This document shows, one piece after another, positions 13,887 through 25,689 of a stretch of 64,000 bases of DNA; within the stretch, counting starts at the first letter, position 1; the number at the start of each line of letters is the position of its first letter. This DNA comes from Mobula hypostoma (Eukaryota). The stretch lies in contig NC_086114.1 in assembly GCF_963921235.1 (NCBI RefSeq), positions 44,888,001-44,952,000 of the forward strand, written 5' to 3'. The position numbers and the translations under genes were made by a program. The notes under the pieces are model-generated. The model made no database searches. It was not told the origin of the DNA and saw only the letters and a program-made list of their open reading frames with translations.

Positions 13887-15384
13887 TGACAATAAGACTG
13901 GGCCAAAGTGATGAACCCAGTGGAGACAAGCCATCCCGACTCAGAACTGTCTGATGCTGACTGCCTCTTGACTGTGATGGCCAGTCACGGGGCTACCACG
14001 GATCAACACGAGCAGGCCTAAGCAAAGCATGAGCAGATGCTAGGCCAGATCCACTGCAGGTTCTCTCAGCACACCAGCAACCTCTATCGCCAGTCCCTGC
14101 CCTGACAACCTTGCCTAGTACATTTGCGCCCCCCCCCCCCCGGGGTCCTCTTTCCCCTCCTGCTTCATCTGCCTCGCTGGGTCCTCCTAGTCCACTGATT
14201 TAGGGGTTTGAGCTATATCTTCCAGCCCGCCCTCCCAGTAATATGATGGTACTCAGGGGAATGCCCAGGATTTCTCACCCAGTGTTTCCCTACCCTTGAA
14301 CTCCAGCCGAGTGCCTTTCCCACTAAGCAATCCCGCATGGCGTACATCATCAGTCTACTTGCCGGAAAAGCACTTGCCTGAACCTCTGCCATCTGCCAAC
14401 CGCAGGGTCCTATTTGCTCCAGTTATCAGCTCTTCATCAACGAAATGAAGAAAGTTTTTGATCAAACTGACGGTGGTCACGAAGCAGGCAAACAGCTTCT
14501 CTGTTTTTGCCAGAGTAGTCTTTCTGTAACTGACTATGCCATCAAGTTTGTACCCTCACAGCAGAGAGTTGTTAGAATCCTGAGGCACTCATTGCCACCT
14601 TTCAACATGCCTTTCAGATGTCATCAAGGATGAGCCTGCATCCTGAGAAGATCAAAGCTCTTAATGACAGTTATGTTATTTATTTTAAACAATGAACAAC
14701 AAACTGGACTTGGTAGTTTATCCTTAGAATAGCTTCAGATTTACTTCCATTTAAATTTCAGTGCGCACATGTTGTTGTCACTAGGCAAAAAAATTGCACA
14801 GTATAAGATTTTTGTGCACAATGGTTATTACAAATTAGAGGGAACAACTGGTTTGCCCACCTTCATGGTCTGCCAACTGCTGGATTAATGGATGGCTCCA
14901 TTACTTGGTGGGCTGGGAGGGATATGACCCAGAAGAATGTTCCTGGGTCCCAGCTCAGGACATACCGGGAATTGATTCGGGACTTCCGTTGTCAACCTAA
15001 CCATCCTTGTGGGTTGGGGGTGGGGTGGGGGGAGTTGCAGTCCTGTCAGGGCTTTGAGGTCCATCTTACAGTTGGCCACAAGAAGCCCTCAGTGGGCTTC
15101 TAGTTTCTAAACTTTCTAGCCTTGCTGTGTTACTTGTATGGGAATTGACTACACCTATGCCTAATTATTCTGAGTATTTAAGCTTTGTGAATTGTGCTGT
15201 TCTTTATTCAGACTTTGAACCAAGACTTGATAGTGTGCTTCTCTTGTAATCCAGTGTTGTATACCTCGACACTGTTTTATTCCCCCTTGTTCAATCCCTT
15301 CCCACTTATGTTCCTGACACTTCTCGCGCTCTGGATTTTTTCAATGATTTTAAGTTTCCTGGCCCCCACCGCCTTATTTTCGCC

Positions 15385-16750
15385 ATGGATGTCCAGTTCC
15401 TATATACCTCCATCTCCCACCAGCAAGGTCTCAAAGCTCTCCGCTTTTTTTTGGACTCCAGACCTAACCAGTTCCCCTCTACCTCCACTCTGCACTGTCT
15501 ATCGGAATTAGTCCTTACTCTCAATAATTTCTCCTTTGGCTCCTCCCACTTCCTCCAAACTAAAGGTGTAGCTATGGGCACCCGTATGGGTCCCAGCTAT
15601 GCCTGCCTTTTTGTTGGCTTTATGGAGCAGTCCATGTTCCAAGCCTATACTGGTATCCGTCCCCCTCTTTTCCTTCGCTACATCGACGACTGCATTGACG
15701 CTGCTTCCTGCATGCATGCTGAGCTCGTTGACTTCATTAACTTTTCCTTAAACTTTCACCATGCCCTCAAATTTACCTGGTCCATTTCTGACACCTCCCT
15801 CCCCTTTCTTGATCTTTCTGTCTCTATCTCTGGAGACAGCTTATCTACTGATGTCTACTATAAGCCTACTGACTCTCACAGCTACCTTGACTTTTCCTCT
15901 TCCCACCCTGTCTCTTGCAAAAACGCCATCCCCTTCTCGCAATTCCACCGTCTCTGCCGCATCTGCTCTCAGGATGAGGCCTTTCATTCCAGGACGAAGA
16001 AGATGCCTTCCTTTTTTAAAGAAAGGGGCTTCCCTTCCTCCGCCATCAACTCTGCTCTCAAACGCATCTCTCCCATTTCACGCACAGTTGCTCTCACCCC
16101 ATCCTCCTGCCACCCCACTAGGAATAGGGTTCCCCTTGTCTTCACCTACCACCCCACAAGCCTCTGGGCCCAACATATAATTCTCCATAAAATCCACCAC
16201 CTCCAATGGGATCCCACCACCAAGCACATCTTTCCCTCCCCCCCTTTTCTGCTTTCCGCAGGGATTTCTCCCTATGCGATTCCCTTGTCCATTCGTTTCC
16301 CCCGCCCCACCCCTTTCCACCGATCTCCCTCCGGGCACTTACCCTTGTAAGCGGAACAAGTGCTACACATGCCCTTACACTTCCTCCCTTACCACCATTC
16401 AGGGCCCCAGACAGTCCTTCCAGGTGAGGCAACACTTCACCTGTGAGTCAGCTGGGGTGATATACTGCTTTCTGTGCTCCCGATGTGGCCTTCTATATAT
16501 TGTTGAGACCCGACGCAGACTGGGAGATCATTTCACTGAACACCTACGCTCTGTCCGCCAGAGAAAGCAGGATCTCCCAGTGGCCACACATTTTAATTCC
16601 ACATCCCATTCTCATTCTGATATGTCTATCCATGGCCTCTTCTACTGTCAAGACGAAGCCACATTCAGGTTGGAGGAACAACAACTTATGTTCCGTCTGG
16701 GTAGCCTCCAACCTGATGGTATGAGCATTGACTTCTCTAACTTCCATTAA
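15385..16750 (+). pseudogene. PLE RT + GIY-YIG endonuclease ORF, frameshifted
   Basis: Protein continues across three frames (ORFs 15385, 16206, 16274), with shifts in pyrimidine homopolymer tracts near 16245 and 16300; ends DFSNFH*. Confidence 0.9.
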
Positions 16751-17079
16751 TGCCCTTCCTCCCCTTCTTACCCCACCCCTTATTGTATGTATGTATGTAT
16801 GTATTTATTTTTTTATTTCCCCCTTTTATTTCTCTCTCTCTGTCCCTCTCAGAATAACTCCTTCCCTGCTTTCCATCTTCCTTTGGTGCTCCCCTCCCCC
16901 TTTCTTTCTCCCTAGGCCTCCCGTCCCATGACCCTCTCCCTTCTCCAGTCTGGTATCCTTTTTACTAATCATCTTTCCAGCTGTTGGCTCCATCCCTCCC
17001 ACTCCTGTCTTCTCCTATCATTTCGGATCTCTCCCTCCCCCTCCCACTTTCAAATCTCTTACTATCTCTTCTTTCAGTT

Positions 17080-17115
17080 AGTCCTGACGAAGGGTGTCAG
17101 CCCGAAACGCCGACT
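17080..17115 (+). ncRNA. Minimal hammerhead ribozyme motif (cleavage triplet mutated to GCC)
   Basis: agtc-CTGACGA-agggtgtcagccc-GAAA-cgcc-gact. Confidence 0.65.
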
Positions 17116-17789
17116 GTACTTCTTCCTATGGATGCTGTCTGGCCTGCAGCGTTCCACCAGCATTTTGTGTGTGTGTTGCTTGTATTCTTTTTGAGTGTTT
17201 TTGACCTTGCTTTGCTATTTTGTTTTGTATTTTGAACCTGTTTTACTTTAGAGCTTTGGTACTAGTTTTTGGAATTGCTTGCCTGCTGCTTTTTGACTCC
17301 TGTTTTTATTATATTGAATCACAGCCTAGCCTTCTGATTTGGATTATTGCCTTTATTTTTGGCAAAATATCTAGAAGAAATAGCTGTCTGAATACTCATT
17401 CTGGCCTCCTGTGTGATCTTGGCACCTGGGTTCATTTCTCACTCTGCCCCTTGGGTACAGTGGTAGAGTTCCAGACTCCCATACCTGGGTTCAAGCCCAG
17501 ACAGGCCTGAAAGTGCCACCCTTTTAACCAACTTAACCAAGCAGTCTGGAGGTGGAGGGCTCTGCATGACCTGTAAGGAAATGTTTTTAGTGTTATTTAC
17601 TGCTGGGGTCCTGAGGGAGCAGGTAGATGGGTTTCACCCTCCCACACTCTATGCCATGAGGAGGGAACACTGCCAGAGGAAGAGAGTCAAGGAAGCCATT
17701 AAGGGAGAAGGGTCATTCTCCAAGACCTCCTCAGATGAAGGTTCCTTCTGCCTTCCTCAGGATTCCTCATATTCTGCTCAAGGCTCCTT

Positions 17790-18055
17790 GTATCCCTCAT
17801 TGGAGGTTCTGGAAAAGTCATCGGCGGACCTTCAGCAGCATGTTGTGGTTGGCGTCCACCCACCCCACTCAAGTAGAGAGGGAGTCAGGACTCCCGGACT
17901 GCTCAGCATTTATGGCATCCCCTGGTAGATCCAATCATACAACGCTCACATTTTGCAGGACCCAAAGTCCAAAAGTGGGCTGTGGAGTGTTCCACATCCC
18001 CTACTACCTACAAGTGGCAGGGCTGATCAAGCAATTCAATGGGCTGTTGAAATAG
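17790..18055 (+). mobile_element. Retroviral (ERV-L/class III-like) integrase relic
   Basis: LEKSSADLQQHVVVGV, IYGIP and VFHIPYYLQVAGLIKQFNGLLK, resembling retroviral HxPYHPQAAGLIERxNGLLK. Confidence 0.6.
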
Positions 18056-18494
18056 TGGAGTAAGTTAATAACCCCCACCAGCACCTTTCTGGGTGGTTTA
18101 CTGTACTGCAGGGTCCCCAATATCCCAGCTTTTGGCAGTGTCAGATCCTCCAAAGGTGGGAGAGGAGTTGGAAGTGGAATCAGGGAAGGTGTGGGTGCAG
18201 CACCCACAAGGGCCACCAGAGCACGAGGAGATTGTGACGCACGGACTGAGGAAAACATGGTGTGTGATGTTACCAGGGAAAAGGGGAATAGTCTGTTTAA
18301 ATACCCAGCAACTAACCAGGAGAGAATGAGTTTGCATCTTCCTTCATTAACGAATAGCAAAGTGATTGATGCTGACAGCAGTAGTGATCATGGTGGTTGC
18401 TGTGAGATCCTACAACACATTCCTACAGGTGGTACTTGAGTATACGAAATGCGCCAACCCTAACCCTAATGCGAGGGTCAGCATGAGGATGCCA

Positions 18495-18910
18495 TCCATA
18501 TCTCTCCCTCACCATTTCCCATCCCCTTTTCCTTTTCTCACCTTCTCTCCTTGCCTGCTCATTGCCTCCCTCTGGTGCTCCTCTCCCCCTTTCTTTCTTC
18601 CATGGCCTTCTGTCCTCTCCTATTAGATCCCCTCTCCTTCTCTAGCCTGTATCTCTTTCAGCAATCAACTTCCCAGCTCTTTACTTCATCCCTTCCCCTC
18701 CTGGTTTCACCTATCACCTTGTGATTCTCTCTCTCCCCCCCGCCCCCCCAACTTTTAAATCTATTCCTCATCTTTTTTTTCTCTAGTCCTGCTGAAGGGT
18801 CTCAGCCCAAAACATCGACTGTACTTTTTTCCATAGATGCTGCCTGGCCTGATCTGTTCCTCCAGCATTTGATGTGTGTTGCTTGGATTTCCAGCATCTG
18901 CAGATTTTCT
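18495..18910 (+). mobile_element. PLE 3' fragment with decayed hammerhead and part of the tail
   Basis: Homologous to 16850-17179; continues into ttggatttccagcatctgcagattttct. Confidence 0.8.
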
Positions 18911-21422
18911 GTAGTCTGGGAACAGTACAGCTATGTTTTGTAATCCCTAAAATATAAAATTAATTGGAAGGAAAACAAAGGAGTCTGAAGTGCAAGTTTA
19001 ACTTTGTATTTACTTTAAGTGAGGTGCACACTTATCATGTGGTAGCATCATGACGTATGCAATACACTTACTTTTACATATACAGTAATCCATAATTATT
19101 TAAACAAACAAAGAATGTTTAATCAACATCTTAAATACACAACATTACTCCCTGCTTAACTATGAACTACAACTCAATAGAGGATACATCTCAACTAAAT
19201 ACACCGTATACTAAATTTACAGCTGCTATACACAGACATCCACAGCAAAGTAAATCTTTAAATGTCCCATTCAGGCCTAAAGATTTAATCACTGTGGAGG
19301 CTTTCCTACTCTTGTGGGATAATGTCTTTCCTGACAAGGGGTGGATGGGGAGGTCACTCTGAGACTTGCAGCTAAGAAACAATCTCATGTTCTCTGTGGT
19401 GGTTGTAAGAGTTGACTCTGAGACTGCAGGAAGTGGTTCTGATAGCAGTAGCCAACCTTTTTCTCTAGCAATTGACACTGCTGTCCTCAAATGATCGAAT
19501 GTTGTCTCCAGATGATATCAGATACAAACTCCACTGTGTATGAGAGTGGTCCCGTTCTGTCCGTAATCTTTCTGAGTAGTCGCTCCCCAGAACTGCTTGT
19601 CCAGCAGCAGAACATTGAACCTCCTTGTTTGAGGAGCCTTCGATTTGTCTCAGATGTTTGTCCTGCATACTCTTTCTGAGACTGGGTTTGAGGAGATCCA
19701 AGCGTGAAAGCAAGGGACGACCCAGGAACAGCATAGCTGGTTTGTTGGTTGTGGATTGTGCTGCATTGTGATGAACAATGAGGAGCTTGAGCTTCTGATT
19801 TCAGTGTCAGTGTAGTGTGTTCTGTTGACTTCTTTAGACTCTGGACAAACCTTTCCACCAAGCCATTTGCAGTTGGGTGATACGGTGCAAATACATATGT
19901 CTTATTCCATTCATTTTTAGGAATGACTGAAACTGTTCCACAACAAACTAAGGTTTATTGTTACTGATTCAGTATTCTGGAACACTAGTCCTTGAGAAGA
20001 GGTCTCTCAACTCATCAACAGTGTATGAGGCTGTGGTGGAGGCTATTGGGAACACTTCTGGCCACTTTGTAGCTGCATCCACTATTACTAAGATATTTGT
20101 GCCCAAGAATGGTCTCGCAAAATCTACATGAAACCTCTGCCAGGGCAATGCAGGCCATTCTCAGGAATGGAGAGGCTCTGCTCTTGGCGCCTTCTGGACA
20201 TGTTCGCATCCTAAGCAGTGCATGGCAAGCTGCTCGATCTGCTGGACTATTCCAGACTACCAGACAAAGCTTTGAACCAATGCTTTAATTTTGACCATGC
20301 CTAGATGACCGGCATGTAGCTCCTCCAACACTTTAGCTCTCAGCTTGGATGGTACAACAACTCTCAATCCCCACATAATGCTACCTCTGTCAAGGGCAAG
20401 TTCACCCTAGCACTATTAAAAATGTTGGAATTGGAGTTTCTGCTGCATATTCCAGCCACTTTGGGTGGCCAGGTAGTCCTGACAGTCCACTTTGCCAAAG
20501 TGTTTTCCTCCAGAAAGATTTGCAAAGATATCCTTTGTGTGAGGCATTTTCATTTAATGCTATTTTTCCCTTGATATGTTTGAATTTTCCAATGCCATCC
20601 TTGAACAATGCTGTGGCATCATCCAGTAACTTTCTTAATTTGCTTTTATTTGGCTATTTTGTTGGGGATGTAGATTGCAAATGGTCAATGGATCTCCAAT
20701 CAAGTTGTAGTTTCCTCCATCAATCACATCCCCTCCTATTTTTACCACATACAAGCCCAATGTGGCTTGTCGATTGTTGTATTTCACTGTTACAAATGTC
20801 ATTCTCACATGGTTTCTTTTTTCCAGTATAAGTTCTTAGATGGGATATCTGCAAGCTTTATTTAGAATCTTTGAAATGTCATTCAAACTCATTCTGTAGA
20901 ATGACTGAAACAGCTGAATAAGCGTCCAATTCCATTTTAATTAATTTGTCATTCACTTCTGGTGTAAGCTATATTGCTTGTCTCTTGTTAGTTTTCACAT
21001 AGTAAATCTCAAGGCTACCAGTTCACTGCCACTCTCATCATTATATGATATTCATCTACAGCTTGCAGATTAGAGCTCTTTTTGGAAGTGTAACTTGACT
21101 TTTTATCTTTATGTCTTCCTGTGCAGTCCATTTACTTCTGTCTGCCCGACATGCTGTTGGTATATGTCCGACTCTGTTGCATTTTCACATTTAAATCTGC
21201 ATTGGTCTGGTGCATTTGAGCCCCTACCACAATGGTGACGCAATTTGTTCAGACAGGTCCATTTCTGTTTAGACGTTGCAATTTTGTTTACACCCACTTT
21301 CATTCCTGACTGCAAGTCAATTGTAAACACGCGGAATTCTGCAGATGCTGGAAATTCAAGCAACACACACCAAAGTTGCTGGTGAACGCAGCAGGCCAGG
21401 CAGCATCTCTAGGAAGAGGTAC

Positions 21423-21458
21423 AGTCGACGTTTCGGGCCAAGACCCTTCATCAGGACT
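21423..21458 (-). ncRNA. Minimal hammerhead ribozyme motif, core intact
   Basis: Minus strand: agtc-CTGATGA-agggtcttggccc-GAAA-cgTC-gact. Confidence 0.8.
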
Positions 21459-22502
21459 AACTGAAGGAAGAGCTAGTAAGAGATTTGAAAGTGGGAGGGG
21501 GAGGGGGAGATCCGAAATGATAGGAGAAGACAGGAGGGGGAGGGATGGAGCCAAGAGCTGGACAAGTGATTGGCAAAAGGGATATGAGAGGATCATGGGA
21601 CAGGAGGCCCAGGGAGAAGGAAAAGGGGGAGGGGGGAAAAACCCCCAGAGGATGGGCAAGGGGTATAGTCAGAGGGACAGAGGGAGAAAAAGGAGAGCGA
21701 GAGAAAGAATGTGTGTATATAAATAAATAACGGATGGGGTACGAGGAGGAGGTGGGCCATTAGCGGAAGTTAGGGAAGTCAACGTTCATGCCATCAGGTT
21801 GGAGGTTACCCAGACGGAATATAAGGTGTTGTTCCTCCAACCTGAGTGTGGCTTCATCTTTATAGTAGAGGAGGCCGTGGATAGACATGTCAGAATGGGA
21901 ATGGGATGTGGAATTAAAATGTGTGGCTCCTGGGAGATCCTGCTTTCTCTAGCAGACAGAGAGAGACTGGGATGTGTGGCAGACTGGGAGATCATTTTGC
22001 TGAACACCTACGCTCTGTCCACCAGAGAAAGCAGGATCTCCCAGTGGCCACACATTTTAATTCCACATCCCATTCCCATTCTGATATGTCTATCCACGGC
22101 CTCCTCTACTGTAAAGATGAAGCCACACTCACGTTGGAGGAACAACACCTTATATTCTGTCTGGGTAGCTTCCAACCTGATGGCATGAACATTGACTTCT
22201 CTAACTTCCGCTAATGCCCCACCTCCCCCTCGTACCCCATCCGTTATTTATTTATATACACACATTCTTTCTCTCTCTCACTCTGTCCCTCTGACTATAT
22301 CCCTTGCCCATCCTCTGGGGTTTTCCCCCTTCCCCCTTTTCCTTCTCCCTGGGCCTCATGTCCCATGATCCTCTCATATCCCTTTTGCCAATCACCTGTC
22401 CAATTCTTGGCTCCATCCCTCCCCCTCCTGTCTTCTCCTATCATTTTGGATCTCCTCCTCCCCCTCCCACTTTCAAATCTCTTACTAGCTCTTCCTTCAG
22501 TT

Positions 22503-22538
22503 AGTCCTGACGAAGGGTTTCGACACGAAACGTCGACT
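22503..22538 (+). ncRNA. Minimal hammerhead ribozyme motif, stem II weakened
   Basis: agtc-CTGACGA-agggtttcgacac-GAAA-cgTC-gact. Confidence 0.7.
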
Positions 22539-23644
22539 GTACCTCTTCCTAGAGATGCTGCCTGGCCTGCTGCGTTCACCAGCAATTTTGATGTGTGTTG
22601 CAAGTCAACTGTGTTTCTGTCTGCTGTTTCCATTGACACAGCAATCTCAACTGCTCATTTAAAGGTAAGTTGGGCTTCAGTTATGAACCATTTTTGAATG
22701 CTTTCTTGTAAGATTCCAAAAACTAAATGATCTCTCAGTGCATCCCATTATTGAACTGACAGATCTCAGACAATCTCTTCAATTGAGTCACGTACGCTGA
22801 AATGGACTCCTCTTCCTTTGGATTCCACTTATGAAATCTAAACTATTCAGTAATTAACAATAGTTTTGCTTCTAAATGTTTCTGCATTATTTCACAATAT
22901 CAGTAAAAATCATTTCTGCTGGTTTGGTTGGAACAGTCAAAAACCTAAGAAAGATGGTTGCCTTTACACCCAATGCACTCAGTAAAACTGGTCCATGTAT
23001 GTCATTGGTTATTCCATTTGCTTTAAGATACGGCTCAATTCACTCTGTACACAATATCAGTTATCTGTTGTGCAATGGAATGTTCAATCTTTCTGATGTA
23101 GCCAGCTATTCTGCTCTTTTTTTTTGTTATTACTATCACCCTGTACTCACTATTTGTGAATCTGGGAATTCTGTTTTTAGCCTTTTTTAAAAACACGTTA
23201 GTGTTTTTCCTTCCAAAGGACAAATGCTGTGCTTTTTTTTTTAAACTCAATTATCTTCCTTGTTTCCACAGGTAGGTAGCCACCTCCAGTTCATTTTAAA
23301 AGTTCCTCATCATCACTGTTATGGTTTGTAATTCCCGTAACATAAAATTAATTAAAAGGAAAACAATGGAGTCTGAAATGCGAGTCTAATTGAGGCACAC
23401 ACATATCACATGGTACCATCATGACATATGCAATTCACTTAATCAAAACATATTTACAGGATTACTCAAATATTATTGAAATATTAAATACACAACAGTT
23501 ATTCAACTGGCTGATTCCCAGCAGTTAATCACGGAGTCAAAGAGTTATTTATGCTTCCACATTCCTTGGTGTTTCCCAGGGTTAGCAGTTTCAGGTCCAA
23601 TATCCCCCTGCCAGCCTTCTAGTCGTCCTGTAGATGACTGTCGA

Positions 23645-24320
23645 GACCATAAAATATAGGAGCAGAATTAGGCAATTCGGCTCTTGAGTCTGCTCCGCCA
23701 TTCGATCATGGCTGACCTATTATCGCACTCAAACCCATTCTCTACCTTTTCCCCATAACCTTTGATGCCCTTTCTAATCAAGAATCTATTAACCTCCACT
23801 TTAAATATACCCAATGATTTAGCATCCACAAATACCCATGGCAATGAATTCCACAGATACACCACATTCTGGATGAAGAAGTTCCTCTTCACTTTCTGTT
23901 CTAAAGGGACATACTTCTGTTCTGAGGCTGTGTCCTCTCATCCTCAATTCTTTCACTATTAAGCAACATCCTTGCCACGTTTGTTCTGTCTGGGACTTTC
24001 AATATTCAGTAGGTTTCAGTGAGATCCCCCCCCCCCGCCTCGTTCTTCTGAACTGTAGTGAGTACAGACCCAAAGCCATCAAGGGCTCCACAAACATTAA
24101 CCATTTCATTCCCAGGGTCATTGTTGTGATCCTCCTTTGTACCCTCTCCAATGCCAGCACATCCTTTCTTAGGTAAGGGCTATAGCTGCTCACAATACTC
24201 CAAATGTCGTCTGACTAATGTCTTATAAAATCACAGCATTACATCCTTGCTTTTATATTCTATCATCTCAAAATAAATACTAACAGTGTATTTGCTTTCC
24301 TTACTACTGACTAAACTTGC
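23645..24320 (-). mobile_element. CR1 3' fragment
   Basis: ORFs 23999-24193 and 23668-23892 carry CR1 C-terminal motifs. Confidence 0.85.
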
Positions 24321-24649
24321 AAGGAGGCAGTATTCAGAGAAGAACACCAATGTGACTACAGTGGACCTGGTACTGAGTGCTTGGGACAGAAGGAGAAAGC
24401 ATGATTGCAATGAACTGTGCCATCTGGTCTCAACAGGTGCTCCATCTGCAGAGTTGCTGAAGAGGTCACAGTACTTGGCACCTTTTACCATCTCAAGCAG
24501 TACTCTTGATATGGCATCCAGTTTGTTTTTTGGCCATGCTGATCATCCAGACAGATAAGGCTGATGATATGTCTTTTATGATTTAGTCATAAAAAATCTA
24601 AAAAATAATAATTCAAAACCTTCAATATTTCTGTTATTATGCCAATTAA

Positions 24650-25015
24650 TGTAGACACAATATCGATGAGCTATCCTGGACCCAACACACCGATATAATC
24701 AGAAAGAAGGTACACCATCAGCTATACTGCATTAGGAGTTTGGGGAAATTTGGCATGTCACCAAAGACGTCTGTATCTACCTATGTGGAGCGCATTCAGA
24801 CTGGTTGAATCACAGCCTGGTATGAAGCCTCTAATGCACAGGGTTGTAAGAGGCTGCAGAGGGTTGAAGACTGACCCAGCTCCATTAGGCACACAAGCCT
24901 CCCCACGATCATGGACATCTTTAAGCGGCGGCAGTTCAAGAAGACAGCATCCATTATTAAAGACCCTCACCATTCAGGACATGCCCCTTTCTCATCATTA
25001 CCATCGGGAGCGGGG
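24650..25015 (+). mobile_element. Rex1/Babar 3' ORF fragment
   Basis: KTASIIKDPHHSGHAPFSSLPSG motif. Confidence 0.75.
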
Positions 25016-25689
25016 TATGTTGAGGGAGCACAAAAGGAAAACAAAAACAGAATGCAGAACATAGTATTGTGTTTACAGAAAAAGTGCAGTACAGGTAGAT
25101 TAAAGATTGTCTTTATTTGTCACATATACCTTGAAACATAGAGTGAAATGCGTCATTTGTGTCAAGTAATATCAAATCAGCAAGGATCATGCTGAGCAAC
25201 CTGTAAGCGTTGCCACACTTCCAGTCCCAATATAGCATCACAACTCACTAACCCTAAATGTGCATCTTTGGAAGGTAGGAGGAAACTGGAGCATCCACAA
25301 TAAGCCCACATAGTCACAGGGAGAACGAACAACCTTCTTACAGTGGGCAGCAGTACGAATTGAATCCCTATTGATAATCACTGGCACTGTAAGGCAATGT
25401 GATAACCACTACAGTGCTGTGCTGCAGATTGAAAGCCCAGGAACTCTCTTTATCACAGAAGAATGAAGAAATCAACTTTGTTTTTCATTTCTAATGACAT
25501 ATATTCCCAATGAATTTAGACTAGGAACTATTATTTTGATTTTTCCAGTGGCCCAGTGAAATTGGGAGTGAGAGAAGAGGCAGCTCACAGGCTGAGAAGA
25601 GAGATTTAAAAAGGAGTATTCGTGGACTTTCAGCATCTTTTGGTAGCCCAATCAAATTGCAATTCGTTAGCAAGGACAAATAAAATTAA

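Larger units (their letters stand above)
15265..17179 (+). mobile_element. Penelope-like retroelement (Neptune-type), 5'-truncated, inserted in the 3' LTR
   Basis: RT (MDVQFLYT, GVAMGTRMGPSYA, RYIDD), Cys linker PCKRNKCYTC, GIY-YIG (VIYC...LYIVET); 3' UTR with hammerhead; LTR sequence resumes at ttgtattc. Confidence 0.95.
12862..17512 (+). mobile_element. Internally deleted Ty3/Gypsy chromovirus (sushi-like) provirus
   Basis: LTRs 12862-13891 (TG..CA) and 15044-17512; 5-bp TSD GTGCC (12857-12861, 17513-17517); gag remnants (AYIISLLAGKALA, FINEMKKVFD, SVTDYAIKF); chromodomain [17 protein letters not shown] near 14900-14950; G-rich PPT 15010-15035. Confidence 0.9.
21325..22601. mobile_element. 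Fold-back (inverted) PLE insertion, about 1.28 kb
   Basis: Left arm 21325-21965 is the reverse complement of the right arm (to 22601); TSD tgcaagtcaa(t/c)tgt at 21311-21324 and 22599-22612; splits Gypsy gag at TVDLQ/TIDLQ. Confidence 0.95.
18929..23497 (-). mobile_element. Decayed Ty3/Gypsy (Mag-like) provirus, RT mostly deleted
   Basis: Related LTRs about 18929-19144 and 23317-23497 ending tacacaaca; minus-strand gag Zn-knuckle remnant, protease remnant, integrase (HAGHLGMVKIK; VERFVQSLKK). Confidence 0.85.

Noticed and set aside
14200-14600. Domesticated PEG10/RTL-like gag gene
   Set aside because: Contains stops and frameshifts and sits between LTRs with a TSD; an ordinary decayed provirus
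18456-18468. Telomere-like AACCCTAACCCTAA next to a PLE fragment
   Set aside because: Only two units, and similar motifs occur in local SINE sequence; too weak to infer telomere targeting
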